From NCBI GenBank assembly GCA_030704615.1, contig CM060732.1:46810001-46874000 (forward strand): a stretch of 64,000 nt of DNA, read 5' to 3'. This DNA is from Takakia lepidozioides. Taxonomy: Eukaryota > Plantae > Bryophyta. The notes beneath the pieces are model-generated. The model did not search any database. It saw nothing but the letters and a program-made list of their open reading frames with translations, and had not been told where the DNA came from. Each line of letters starts with the position of its first letter. The first letter of the stretch is position 1. The translations under genes were made by a program, and so were the position numbers. Positions 37,682 through 51,400 of this stretch are shown here, in pieces.

Positions 37682-40600
37682 AAGTGTCAGGGTCCTCACT
37701 GACCACCTTTAACGGCTGAACACCTATTGGTGGTATGAAGGGTTTTAAATCCCTCCTACTTCTTACCCATTCCTTGTCTGCTCCATCTCTCAACCTGCAT
37801 CTTCGTGCAGCTTCTCCAGTCTTGGTTGTGCTTCCTGCGTCCTTGTATCCCAAAAAGTCATAGGGTCCCTCCCATGGAGATGTCATGGAAGACCTCTTTC
37901 CAGGTCTCAACATCATTACCTTGCTGTTCTCCATCAACGTGCAGTAAGTATGCCCTGTTTGATGCCTTCTTTCATAATCTCTTGCCTGTTGACGCTGCCC
38001 TTTCTTCACACTCTTTCGCAGCTTTGCCTTCATCTCTGTGAGAAGCTGGATTTTCTGCTGCATCATAAGTGTGACTTCTGCTACAGATCCATCAGAATTT
38101 ACTGGTGTTGTAAGAAAATGCAACCTGTTGTCAATTCCCAGCCTGGGAATTCTACCAGTAAGTACCTGAAAAGGTGAGAACCCAGTGGAAGCATGGACAC
38201 CCATTCTGTAACCAAACAGGGCCTTATAGAGATTCTGATCCCACTCAGTGTCGTTTCCAACTCCTAGGGTGGTGATGCTCTGTTTGATGGACTTAATGAC
38301 TCTTTCCACCATACCGTTACACTGAGGCCAGTAGGGGGCACTATGCTCCCTCTTATACCGTATTCGTGGCATGTATCTTCAAACTCACCCCCCACTCTGT
38401 GCCATTGTCAGTGAGCAACGTATGTGGGCAGCCATACCTGTCAATTACTTCTTCCTCAAGAAAGCGGGCAGCAAGGGCTGCTGTATGATCTGCCACTGGT
38501 GCAGCTTCTATCCATTTTGAGAAGTGATCGATTGCCACCAGAAAGTACTGATTGCCCCTGCTGGTTATAGGTAATGGTCCTGCCGTGTCAATTGCAACTC
38601 TGAAAAACAGATCCACTACTGGAATGCTATGAAGTTTTGAGCTACCTGAGCGCAACACTCCGTTTCTGTTTGGCCATCTGACATTTACCACAGCCCTTGA
38701 GTACTTGCCTGATGAGTTTTGTTCTATCATGCCAGAAATAACGTCGGCATATCTCCTCTTGTGTTCTTCTGACTCCAAAGTGGCCAGTGGTTTCATGTAC
38801 TTCAGTGATTATTGCCCCTCTGTCAGTCTTTGGTGGAACTACCCTTCCATCAAAGTAGACCTCACCTTTGAGATAGGAGTACTGCCTTGCCCGCCTCTTG
38901 ACTCTCTTGCTCTCCTCCTTTGTCAGGTAGTCATTGACTTCTCCAAAACATAAGAGGTGCATGACCTCCACATCAAGCACATCAGGTTGCCTTTCCTCCC
39001 TAACAGCTGCTGTATGAAGGTCAGAGCTGAGTAGAGAGCTTTTCCCACATCTTTCAGCCTCACGTAATAATGACATCTGAGTAGCTTTGGTGGGTGTGGT
39101 CCATGGTACCCAGTCCGCTTCATCAATCTTGTTGCAAGAAGAAGTGTCTTGTTCTGAACCACTTGTTCCATCACTGTCTGAAGAACAAAACGTCTTGGTG
39201 GAACACTCACCCCCCATGTTTTTCTTGGCTGGGCATTCTGATGAGGAAGTCACCCGCGTTCTTCTTGTTGTTGGAGTGCTTGTCAAGTGTTGAAGGAATG
39301 GTGTCCCTTGCAAGCTTCCTTTTCATTGTTCAATCTCTCTTCCACAAGTTCACAGGCTGGATGTACCTCGCTCAGCTGCTTATCACGAGCACAAGATCCT
39401 CGGGTAATCACATGGATGGTGGGACAAGAGGGCATCAGATGCTCCTTTTCCTTGTTGCTGATTGCAGTAGCCTCTATCCTTCCTGCACCCTTATCCTTCC
39501 AAATACCCTCCCTCACCAGATTGACAGAGCTTGATTGATCAATACCCTTTCCTTGTTTTTTTTTTGCAAAAGTCTGTGCAGCAAAAGTCACCCTCTTTCC
39601 TTCTCCATCTGGCATTATGCCTGGTTTCAGTTCTCCTTTCAATATGCCATGATCCTTGGTCAACATTCCACCTGTGGAAGATCTTACTATACCCGGAACG
39701 AACTCAAATGAAAAATCACCAAGTAAGTCTATGCCTATGTGGTGCTCTGAGTATAGCCACCAATATGGATCTAGATCTGTTTCTAAAGAAAAATGACTTC
39801 CCAACAGTATTTCCTTGAAGTGCCAAAGGCCCCATACACATGCATAGTACTCTTCTCTTTTGCAAATCATCTCCCCTTTTTCACTGCTATACCCTACTTG
39901 CCTATGAGCTTCTTCTCTCAACTCCTTCCCTTCCTTAAATTGAAATAAAGCATTGATGGCACCCCTATCCCAAGCTAACTTAAGAAGATAGGCTCCATCC
40001 CTCTTTCTCCCTTCTCTTTTCTGACTGTACAGAGAAGTAGAGTATACCTCGATTTCCTCGGTTTCCTCAGCTGGTCCCACTGGATACCTGCTTAGTGCAT
40101 CTACGTTAGCATGCCTAGCACCTGCTCTGTGAACAATTTTAAACTCAAAATCTTGTAACATCATGATCCATCTACCCCTGCGTCCATATGCGTCACTTAC
40201 CGTTGCCAACCATTCCAGTGGTTTGTGATCAGTCCTGATTACAAAAGGGGTTCCATACAGGTACTGTCGAAAATGTAATACTCCCCACACCAGTGCATAG
40301 CATTCACCCTCCATAGGGTGATATTTGCGCTGAGCATCAGATAGTACCTTACTGGCGTATGCAATGACCCTCTCCTTTTTATACTCCTTTTGTGACAAGA
40401 CTGCCCCTACTCTTTTGATGGACCAGTCAACATCCAAGACGAACGGTCTTGAAAATCTGGTCTTGCCAGGATGGGAGCAGTTACCAACTTCACCTGTAAG
40501 GTAGAAAAAGCGTTTTGTGCCTCTGCACTCCAGATAAACTTTACATCCTTCTTGGTTAGAGTGAACAAGGGTACTGCCACTCCAGCATATCCTTTGACAT

Positions 40601-43600
40601 AGGGCCTATAGTACCCTGTCATGCCTAAGTAGCTTTTGAGAGTGTGGTTTTTGGGCAAGGGAAACCTTTCAATAGCAGCTATCTTTATCTGGATCAGGCC
40701 ACGTTCCTTCTTCAGAGATCACATGCCCAAGGAATACCAACTGTAAGTTGGCAAAGTAACACTTGTCCGGATTGAGCCTAAGATTGGCCTTTCTAACCTT
40801 GCTCAATACTCTCTTTATATGTCCCACGTGATCTCCCCAGTCCTTGCTATGGATATTGACGTCATCTACAAACACCTTAGCGCAATCTTTGATTTCTTCC
40901 TTGAGCACTCTATTCATTGTTCTCTGAAAGGTAGCAGTGGCATTTTTTAGCCCGAATGGCATGACCAGCCATTCATACAATCCCTTCTTTGTGATCACCG
41001 CTGTTTTGCCTATGTCTCGGTCGTCCATTTTGATCTGCCAAAAACCAGATTGTAAATCCAGCGCAGAAAACCACTTGGCTTTCCCCAACTGGTTTAAAAA
41101 CATCCTGAATTAATGGCATAGGGTAAGAGTCCCTTCTGGTCAAACGGTTTACTGGCCTAAAATCACCACAAAACCGCTTGGATCCATCCTTTTTTGGTGG
41201 AAGGGTAACTGGACACGACCATTCTGAACTACTCTCTCTCATCTTGCCTTGTGAGATCAAAGTCTCAATTTGTCCTTGGACCTCGTCTTCCTCCCATTCT
41301 GATAGGCGGCTGGGACGACTTCTGCAAGGGGGAAAACCTTGTGTGTCAATTGTGTGTTCTACCTCACTGCAGTATCCCAAGTCAGCCTTGCTAAGAGCAA
41401 AGCATTCCTGGTTTGCTTTCAGCTCTTGCTCAAGCTCTATCCTATGTTCTGGGGCCAGTTCTGGGTTGATGTGCAGTCTGGATTTCAGACTTCTCCAACG
41501 ACTCTCCATTTCTTCCTCTTGACTGGGTTCCCAATTCTTTCCCTCCACCTGGCTTACAGAGTTAGCCATTCTCTGTCGTTCCTCTTGTGTGACAACCTGA
41601 TTCCAATCATGGAAGTCATCCTCTATTTCTAGGTTGTTGTTCCCTAGTTCACCATTCCAAGCTTTCTGATAAGCTTCCTGTATTATGGCAGCAGCCATGC
41701 TCTTATGGGTCTCTTCCTGAAGGAGTTCAGACATCCCTTGGTCCTCGAACAAGTCCTCCCCTAGGTTGACATCGTCTATTATTTCCTCAACATCCCTCAG
41801 TGCTGTTTCTACCTCCTTACTCTCCTCAGAGCCTCCCATCTCCTCATCTTTATCAGATTTAGGTGTCAGAACCTGAGGATGCTTCCTCCGTGTCCTCATA
41901 TTCTTCCTCTGGTTTTCTTTTCTTCTCCCACAAGCCTAGGTACTGTTCATCTGACGTCAGGGTTAGGACATTACCTGCTGACGTACTGCTTGCATATCTC
42001 ATTCTACTCTCGACCCCTCTATGGTAGGCTGTTTTGGTAACTGCAGGCTCATTATAATTGATGGTGTGCAAAGGGAAGTGAGCAAAATCCTTTCCTGGCC
42101 CATAGCGTACGCGAATTGTTTCAGCTTCGGTGTCCACTACAGCGCCAAACTTTTTGAGAAAGTCCAATCCTAGCAGCATGTGATATGTATCCGTGTTCAC
42201 CACCATAAAGGACAAACGATTGGTTAGTTCTCCTACTTTGACCTTGATGTCCTCAAGTCTGCCCATTGCAGTCTCAAGAGCACCTGAGGCTACTCTGTAA
42301 TTCACATCCTTACTAGTAATGACAGATCCCATCAAACCCAGATCCCTGACTGTACTAGCTGATATTACAGAAAGCATGGCACCAGTGTCAATCTGGCCTA
42401 ATACTTGGTAATCTCCCATTGTAATCATTACATGAAGCGCTTTAACCTTACCAGTATAAGCATACGAGATCGTGGGCTCAGCGTGTGCTGAGTACAAAGG
42501 CCTTGGTACATCCTTCACAACTTCTACACTGTGAGTTGTCTCCCTTTGTTGTACCATTGCTCTTTCCACCACTTTGACCAGCCCTTTCAATTTGTCTAGC
42601 TCTCCGGCACAGTCATGATCAGGTCCATGGGCGACAACGATATTCTCCCTTTGTAGAAGTGGTTCAAGATTCTGGATTTCGTACCTCCTTCTATAGCATT
42701 CTTGAAATTGTTCTTTGGGTAGATTTCACTCTTGGTCTTGCTTGGCTGTTCACTGCTCTCACTATTCCTTTCTGGTGACCCTGTAGGTTCAACAATCGGA
42801 CTCTGGACAGGTATGCGTGTCCTTGGAAGTCTGACTTCATTGATACTATTTCGTGACATCAGATCTGTCATCTCTGCGAGTACATCATCCTCATCATCAT
42901 AGAACACGTCTACAAAGTTAGTTCCCGGAGTTCCCATCATAGTTTGGTCGAGTTTTCTACTGCACTCACTCTCCGTATGCCCGAGTAGCTTGCAAAAGTT
43001 GCATCTCACACCACACATTTCCGTGGAATGCCCGAACCGGTGACATTTGTCACACTTAGCTGGGGTTCTTCCTTCAGGACAATATGCAGCTATGTGACCT
43101 TCTTTGTGACAAACATTACAAAGGCGAACACGAGGTGGTGTTCTAGATCCCGAGCTTTCTCCTATGACTGGTCCCCTATCAAAGTACTTCTGTAGGGTAG
43201 TGTTCAGCTGATCAAGTCTTCTGTCCACAGGGTTGACAAACACAACTGACTCATCTGTATCATCTCCTTCCAATGGTTCTAGAGGTATTTCCCCTAACTT
43301 TCCCAGGCCCCTTTCAATCTCAATGGCTGTGTCAAGTGCTTCCTCTACATCAAGGAAGCGCCTGCCCAGCATTACTCTTGCTATTTCTGGTCTCAAACCT
43401 GCTGCAAATCTACGCTCTGTTCCAAATCAGACGCCCCACTTCTTATAAATAACCGGTTCAACCTATCGAAGTATGTTTGAACCCTTTGTCTACTCTCCTG
43501 TTTAATGGTATCCATTCTTAGCCTAATTTCTGCCAAGTCAACGATACCAAACTTGGCTGAAATTGCTGCCCTGAAGTCCACCCAGTTGTTTGGTCTAGGG

Positions 43601-43779
43601 TTTTGTTTACGGTACCATTCATCAGCCTTGGCTCTCAGGTTGAGCCTTGCTACCTTGAAAGTCTTGTCCTCATTCAAATCCCTGACATCTGCCTCCATCT
43701 GAATTCTCTCCAGCCAGTCATTTACATCCTCACTATTCCTACCATGATAAGGCGCATCTATGCTGGTTGGACTGGTCAT
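37680..43779 (-). CDS. Gypsy gag-pol of element D (frameshifted)
   Basis: Three CCHC knuckles; protease QIDTGA; RT LDLQSGFWQI..MPFGLKNA..FVDD; RH ECYALVWGVLHFR..TDHKPL; INT HHCC + AIDTAGP..TDNG..NGMVER, GPY motif. Confidence 0.95.
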
Positions 43780-44225
43780 CCTTCTATTCTCTAATCAAAG
43801 TTCAAACTGTTTCAACACCTAATTCTGACTCTAATTTTTCCGCAACTCCCTTAATGTTGACCTCTATACCACTCCCACTGTCCATTTCGCAACATCTACT
43901 CTACCTACCTCCCCATGTCACCTCTCGTGCCATGGTATTTATCTTCACCCACCTTCCTAACTCTCTTATCCAAAGTGCTATGGTTGTTCTTCCACCAGTA
44001 TGAATCACTCTAAGACATAAATCACCATTTGGCTATTCTCCAGCAGGGTTGAAGAAGTACAAACAAGGGTCTGCGTGTGCATTTGGTGTGCGTCTGCTGA
44101 AGCAAATCAGCACATCTCCAATGCTTGGTTCATCAGGAATCAGTGTGTGGTCTCTTCCTGCCATCAAACCATCCAATACCAGTCAAGATCCCTAGCTAGT
44201 AGAAATCAAGATTTAACATCCTAAA

Positions 44226-44237
44226 GCTCTGATACCA
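44226..44237 (-). promoter_or_regulatory. primer binding site, tRNA-iMet (TGGTATCAGAGC)
   Basis: Revcomp of GCTCTGATACCA adjacent to the 5' LTR. Confidence 0.92.
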
Positions 44238-46547
44238 AAAGAAGGGGCGTGAATCCCCTTCTGTGCAAGTCTAGTTGTGCTCTTCCCTAGGTCAATCGGA
44301 GGGAAGGAAAGGAGCTCTCCCTCTCAGCTGATCCAACCATCGTCACTCGGTGTGGGTTTCCATCAGGTCCTTCGTGATCAGAGTTCGCACAATCCTCATC
44401 CACGCCGCAGCGGAAGAGAAGACATGGATGGGGAGTCTGTATTGTTTTCACCCGTGGTTCTACTTCTACACGACATCCTTTCCCCTGATACACTGCACCA
44501 GCCATGTTACCATGCGGTCTTCAGTGATGCAACCAGCCCTACGTCAGTGATGACCACTGCCCTTGTGGGCAGCTCTCTTGGTCAACAATACGTGGAATCC
44601 CCTTTGTAACAAGATCACGATTTGGAAGGCGGCAACGCAGATCTGCCATGAGTTTGCAGGCCCACCAGTTTGGCCCTTCATGGGTTCATGCTTTCTTTAT
44701 CTTACCCTCCCCAATCATCCATTCCTCATCATAACCTCTTGCTGGTCAACTCTCTCCCTTTGTCCTTTTCTCTCTCCCTCTCTCTTTCTTTCAGGATAAG
44801 TGGGTTCCTCACTCTTTCCACTGTAACATGCCTATGATGCAATGCAATGCGCATTCAGCCAAGCATCCAGTGCACCCAGCATTGAAATCAACCTTGGTCA
44901 CACAAGATATAATCAGCCCTTTTATCAGTCCCTCTCTTGCCAATGACAGATGCTTCACACTCCACTTTTCCCAGGTATAACCATTGCCCAAGACAGCTCT
45001 CAACCCTTCAACAGGTCTCAATTTACACACCCTGACAGCTCTCTTTTTCCCATCAGCTGTGAACCTCAGTGTTCATGGGCTGAGAGCACTCTGAGAATCA
45101 GATCCAAACCCAAACAGATGCTGGTTTTTCTGCCCCATCCACATCATCCCTTCTTGTTGTTTCCAAACAGTTCTATCTAACCCTCTCTGGTTTCCTCTAC
45201 CTACTAAGCTAGTTCCACATTGGCTGCAATGTGTCAACACATCCCAGGCTAGATTGTTTGTACAAGCTCATGACGTTGAAACAAGGAACAAGAATACAAC
45301 AACAGTAACCATTCTGTCCCAGCAACGAGTCTACCCTGTTTCCATTCATTTTCCTACTGTACAATGTAATAGCAGGTGCATCCATCTCCAGCCCATCCTG
45401 GTTTGAAGTCCAGTGTCTTCATTCCATTTACAAAGCTCTTTTTCTTCCTCACATGTCAGTGTCTCTTACTACATACAAGAGACAGTTCAAACTTCACAAA
45501 GCGATTTCTAAGCAACCAAAACCAAAAAGCCACACTCCTCAACTTATCTGTCTTATACTCCTTGAAGTGGTGGGTCTGCCTGTCAAGAAGGCACCTTATC
45601 CTCTCCCTCGTCAGCCATCTCCGACGTTTCTTCTTATCGTGATTCCAGTCCTCATTAAGGCATGACGGCTCTGCTTCAGCTGCTGGCACATCCTTGTGCC
45701 TGCCAACCTCTACCCTATCCTTCTACATGTGCATTTCCTCCCTATGAGTGATCTGGTCCTACAGCCCTTAAGACAGAGAGCAGATACATAACTTATTTAT
45801 AGATAGCTTAAGCGCCATACACACCAGAAGGCGGCACCGCTTCCTCTTGCACAGAAAGCCAAGCCAGATCCCTCAACGTCACTCTTTAAGGCAAGCTGAT
45901 TCCCTTACAAAGTGATCTGGTCCTACAGCTCAAAAACAGACAGCAGCTACAAGATTTGATCACTGACAACCTGAGGCGATAATACACACCAGCCTGCATT
46001 TCTCATCCCCCAACACCTGCTGAGCCACTCCATCTCCTCATTAATGTGCTCACAAATACCATGGCGACAGCAGTGGTGCACCGCCCTTATCACAAACCCG
46101 ATCCCTCAGGTTTGATCATTGCTTACGAAGAAGGCGGCACCGCTTCTTCTTGCACAGAAAGCCAAGCAGGAGCTCTTAACATTTCTCTTAAAAGCAAGCT
46201 GATACCCTTTGCGTAGGTGGAACCTTCTCAGATATCCTGTGCTGCCAACACCACTGCAGCAGCTGCGAAAAGATCCACGCACTCTTCCCCTTCGAATTTC
46301 ACATCCCGCTTCTAGGGTTCAACATCATGGATGAAAATCATTCATCCTAGGGATGAAAAAGGTGCATGTCATAACTTAGCCATATTTTGTTCTTGGCAGA
46401 TAAATAGCATAGTCCTTCCATGGAATTACCTCAAGTTATGGTCAATTCCTCCCCTTCATTAGCACGAAGGGTACTCCCTTTGTAGTAGTGCCGAAAACTG
46501 ATGCCAAACACAAACTTGAGATTTTTACTCCCTGCATTCACACTACA
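44238..46547 (-). repeat. 5' LTR of element D (lacks terminal CACACTACA at its PBS side)
   Basis: Matches 35338-37658. Confidence 0.95.
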
Positions 46548-47805
46548 CACCTTCTGAAGCGGCCAAATCTTCCCCCTCGGATTTCCTTTTTCTTTTCCTC
46601 TGCACAGAATTAATAATCTGTGAGTGTGAGATTGAGCTCCCATGCATCAACCTTGCTTTGACGCAAGGTTGATTGATGGGGACGTAACTTAGACTGAAAG
46701 GCATACAGGAAAGACGTTTGGACCCAAATTATGTTTTGCGTTGACGCAGGGTTCTTTTGGGAGCCTCGAAGAATGAACTTTCCCTACCTTACAGTGAGGA
46801 GAGTGGGATATCGGACGCATCCATTGTGCAAAGATATCATGAAAACCAGCCTTGCGTCAACGCAAGGTTGATTCCTGTGCAGCCTCTGTTGGTTTCACTA
46901 CAAGCTCTAAACATACAATATGCAGGTTGGGATCAACCTTGCGTTGACGCAAGGTTGATTGCGAGCTCTCTTATCGGGGTTCAGCGAAGCAAATATCTAC
47001 AGTAAATGGAGACTCCTGTCTCTGCTTCCTCTTTGAAATCCATGATGCGTCGGAAGCATCCATGTCTCTCTACCTTGATTGTAGTGCAGTTTCTACACTG
47101 TTTTATGCCCAGCAAAAAAGCATTGAGGTCGACTTCAACCTTGCGTTGACGCAAGGTTGATGTCCACCTCAATGCTTAGCATGAAACCGTACAGATTGTG
47201 GTGCAGTTTCTGCACTGTTTTGAGCCCAGCAAATACACTTTGGAGGTCGACTTCAACCTTGCGTTGACGCAAGGTTGATGTCGTCCTCAATGCTTAGCAT
47301 GAAACAGAGAGAGAAAAAGACAGAAACAGAGAGAGAAAAAGAAAGTTCGTAGCTACGTGGGGTTTCTGCTTTGCACTTGATGATGCTCCTGTCGCGTTCA
47401 ATTTTTCCATGCGGTCTTGAGGTAGCATGCTTCCAAGGAGGTCGCGATGGTGCGAAACAGGGGCAGACGGCCGCGTTCCTACGTCCATTTGTTCTCCCCG
47501 GTCTTTGAAGGCCAGGTTCTGTACACTCACTGCTTCCTCCCAAGCCCAGCTTACTTCCTCCTCATCCCCTCCTTCGATTGCAGGTTGCTCGTCTGTCGCC
47601 TCCTGGATCACTTCAAGACCTTCCTCTCCACATTGCGGTTGTTGAATCCTCTTTTGCCCTTCCTCTTCCTCATCTCGCGGGTTTCTTCTCCCATTCTAAG
47701 CTCCCGTCTCGCCTTTCTCATCCTCTCCTTAGCGCGTGCCCTTTCCTTGTTTGACGTGAAATACAGTGTTCTTCGACGCTTGCTTCTCCCTCGAAGTAGG
47801 GACAC
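46548..47805 (-). pseudogene. 5' exons and first intron of the copy-B ParB-MTase gene, with palindromes at 46646-47278
   Basis: KRRRTLYFTSNKERARAKERM matches copy-A KRRKSLYFTSLRERRRAREQM; TCAACCTTGCGTTGACGCAAGGTTGA at 46933, 47135, 47253 and variants at 46646, 46737, 46847. Confidence 0.75.
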
Positions 47806-48466
47806 CGTCTCTGCGGAATCCAGGGTTGCAAAGAAAATGAGTTACTCAGGCAAAAAGAACACTTTCTGAGGTTCATCGCGAGGCCTTCAATGCCAAGATG
47901 TTCGCTCGGACCGTTCAGTGCGCCACCGACTCAATCCACATGCATGGCGAACACGTGTCTATGTAGTCGTTATGTAAAACGGCCGGAATCATTGAAACAT
48001 CATCCTTCCAAAAATGTAATCGGGGTATCTCTACCCCTATGTTTAACGGCGGAGATCAATGAATCATCATCCTTACAAAATTCGTTGGGGTCTAACCCTA
48101 TGTATAACGGCAGATATCATTCAAACATCATCCATCCAAAAATCGTTAGGGTGTAATCGACTCTCATCTGAAAAAATTCATTGTTGGGTAATTTAGGGTG
48201 GAATGTTCCAGAGGAATGTGAATTATATTCAGTTGTGCAGCGGTGCAGTTGCCGTCAAAATTTAATGGAAATGGGCATCTCTTCTGGCCTCCCTGACATG
48301 ACAACGACATTGGCGGCTCTATCAGTGAATCTGTCAGCTAATGCACTGGTGGGGCAATTCTGAGAGAACAATTGTGTATGAGGACGCCAAAACTCCACTC
48401 TCACACAACCTGCATTCAGAAGCACCATCGGACTTTGAACTGTACTTTCTGAAGCAACATCGACAT

Positions 48467-51400
48467 ATGGCTTCCCAGGCTGTGGGCTCCCTTGACGCGG
48501 ACTTCTTCAGTGACGACCACCCTGTTCCATTTTCTTACGAGGTGGAAGATGATGGTTTTGCGGTGGTTCATGAACTCGTCCTCGCAACGCAGTTTCGGTT
48601 GGAAAATGGTAGTCTATTCCTTCAGAGGGAAGTGTACGATGCCAATGGAAAACTGCTCAAGTACGCATTCCAGAAACCATCGCAAACTGCACCAACCACG
48701 CAATGGAGAGTGCCTCCAGGCAGATACAGGGTGCTCAGTGCTCCTCTGAGACAGTCTGCAGGATCGTTCGTAACTCCTGGCACGGCAGCATCAGTGGCCC
48801 AGGAGAAGACACCAGTGGTTGTGAAGAAGGAGGCGACTGCCATTAACACTGTAGTTGACCTTTCGGACTCATCCTCCGATGACACATGTGCAATTCCGCC
48901 TGTGGATCAGCCATGTCCACATGTAGAACTAGATGTGGAGGAGATCTCCAGTGTCATTCCTAAATTGAAAGCGATGGGTGGGATGGCAGGATTCAAGAGT
49001 GAGTTGAGGGGGATAGACTGGAGCACTTTCAATATTGAAAGGGTGGCATTCTTGCCGGAATCGTTTGATGGTAATACTGTTTTAAGCTGCCTCCTCCTGG
49101 TCGCGTGGGGGGGATTTCCAGTCTCCTGGAAGGAATGGACAAAAAGCACGATGGGCACCCTTGGTGCCGCACAAAAACATCCAATATTCACAACAACGAC
49201 AACCTCATATTCAGGCGAACAGTCTGTAATGGGCACCTGAAATGCGAGAACATGAAATGCAGACACTTCGCATTGTCAGGTGTGCAAAACCAAAGCGAAT
49301 GGGATGGAGTCAGTGAGAATCCATTCAAGCCTAGGGTAACACCACCATACAGTAACACTTTTGTGTGCAAGTTCTGTAGGGTACCACCTTGCTGCCTTGC
49401 TTTGTGTGGCGCCAGAATGTATTATGTGGTGCATCGATTCAAAAACCTGACTAGAGCCTGTGTCCATTTCGGTTTTCACAACCACCCTGTGTCCAAGGGG
49501 GATTATAGGGAGAGCGTTGACACAGTCTCTCGTCTGATAAGGCAAGAGTTGGATACCAATCCAACTGGCACCACATCTGCAATTGCCATGGGGGCGAGCA
49601 AGTCCTTTCTGGAAAGCCGTATTCTGTGTGCATCAAATTCGGTTGGAGGAATGCTGGAAGGACCAGCTTTGGACACTGTTATGGACCATTTCTCTGCTTT
49701 GACTTCTCCAAACATTAGGAATCAGGTGAACGCTTTAAGAATGGGCTCTAGGAGCCGAGGTTATATGGACAATATTATGGATTTGAAGAAAAGGAGCATG
49801 TACGACTACATCCAAGACAACGTTTTCCCGGGACAAGGAGCCAGGAAAGTGTTCTTGTTCAAAATGTCCACAAAAGGTGAGGGCAGCGGGGTCAGCCTGG
49901 TTAAACGTATGCAGAAGGGTGGCGATCTTGGCAACTGCTTCCTTATGTTCGATCATGTCAAGAGAGTTAAAGACTGGACCACAATGGCATGTCATGTTTA
50001 CGACCCTGTGTACCAGCGGGTCATGACAATTGCAGTGTGTGACATGCAGTCAGAGGACACAGATTCACAGCAGCTCATGTGGGAAGCTCTCATTCGTGTT
50101 ATGGCCTCCAATGGTCTCCCATCTCCCAATTTTGTTGGTTTCATGGCCGATAGTGCTCAAGCTAACTTCAACGCTGTCCGCATTGTGTTCGGGTCGGGAG
50201 ATCCAAAAGTGCCAATGCCTGGAAGAGAACGTACGTGTCTCTTCCATTGGACACAATCCCTCGACAAACACACAAAGACGTACATCAAGCCAGATATGCA
50301 GAGTATGCATCGTCAACTGTGCAAACAGTACAAAGACGCCAAAACTATGGGGGAAGCGAATACATTGTTCCAGACAATTCGTGCCTGGTGGTACTCATCT
50401 GGAGCGGCATCGGAGGACAGCATGAGGGCACTGCAAGACTGGTTCGCATTTTGGCACTTCCGTTACCGACAGTGGGGAGCGGCCATGACAACGGTGAGTG
50501 GTTTGCATTCAAAAGTTTGTTTGGGTGCTTCCAATATATCTTTCAGGGTCCAACTCTAATATGGGCTTTGTGTTTTTTTGCCTTGCAGCATATGTCCATT
50601 GAGGAGATGGCGGACATGCCTTCTTGCAATCTTGCGGAGACAGTGCACAATGCCTGGTTGCAGCAATCCGGCAAAAAAGGGAGAGATTTGTATGCAGCGA
50701 CGGCCGATGACCTTATTCGTGCTCTACAGCAGCAAACCAGATACAGGTCATTCTTGAGGGGTGGCCTTGGTGGCAAAGGTCCGGACAGGAGCGAGTTGAT
50801 GTTGCGGGCAGCTGGAAGATCAGGGGATCCTAGCAAAATAGCGCGGGCAGTGAGCATATGTGCAGATGGCACCCCTCTCGTGGGAAGAGTTCCCCATCTG
50901 GAAGGCGAAGAGAGATTCGGGTCTTGCAAACGGAAATTGGACACCCCTCCGGGATCGGATGCAGATTCCCATAGGGCGGACAGGGTCAACTTCTCGACGC
51001 CACGTGTTCCCTTGGATCAGAGATGGAATTGCGGAACATCCACAGGTGAGGGCTACTCTGCCCCAGACCGGACCCCTGCATCAAGCACTATCACTGCAAT
51101 GGTTGAAGACCAGAACGTGGTGTCGCATATAATCGAGTCTGAGGGCTTGGACGATGTTTGGCATATAGAACGCACAAGTGCTGGATCGCGTGTGAAATGC
51201 GCGGCGATCAGGGCCACCAATCATGAAAAATGTACATCATTAATATCCAGAGGGAAAGAACGCACTGCAGCTCCTACATTCACGGGTTTGTTTCTCCCTT
51301 ACGGACAAGGCGAGGCAAAGAACCACAAGTTCTGATTCTGCGCTGACGATTGTGGGAGATGTGTGCATGGGACAGTGAGGCCTTCCGTGGTAAGGAAGCC

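Larger units (their letters stand above)
35328..46547 (-). mobile_element. Ty3/Gypsy LTR retrotransposon D, full length, young
   Basis: Outer ends TGTAGTGTGAA ... TTCACACTACA; 4-bp TSD CACC (35324-35327, 46548-46551); two near-identical ~2.3-kb LTRs; gag-PR-RT-RH-INT order. Confidence 0.95.
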
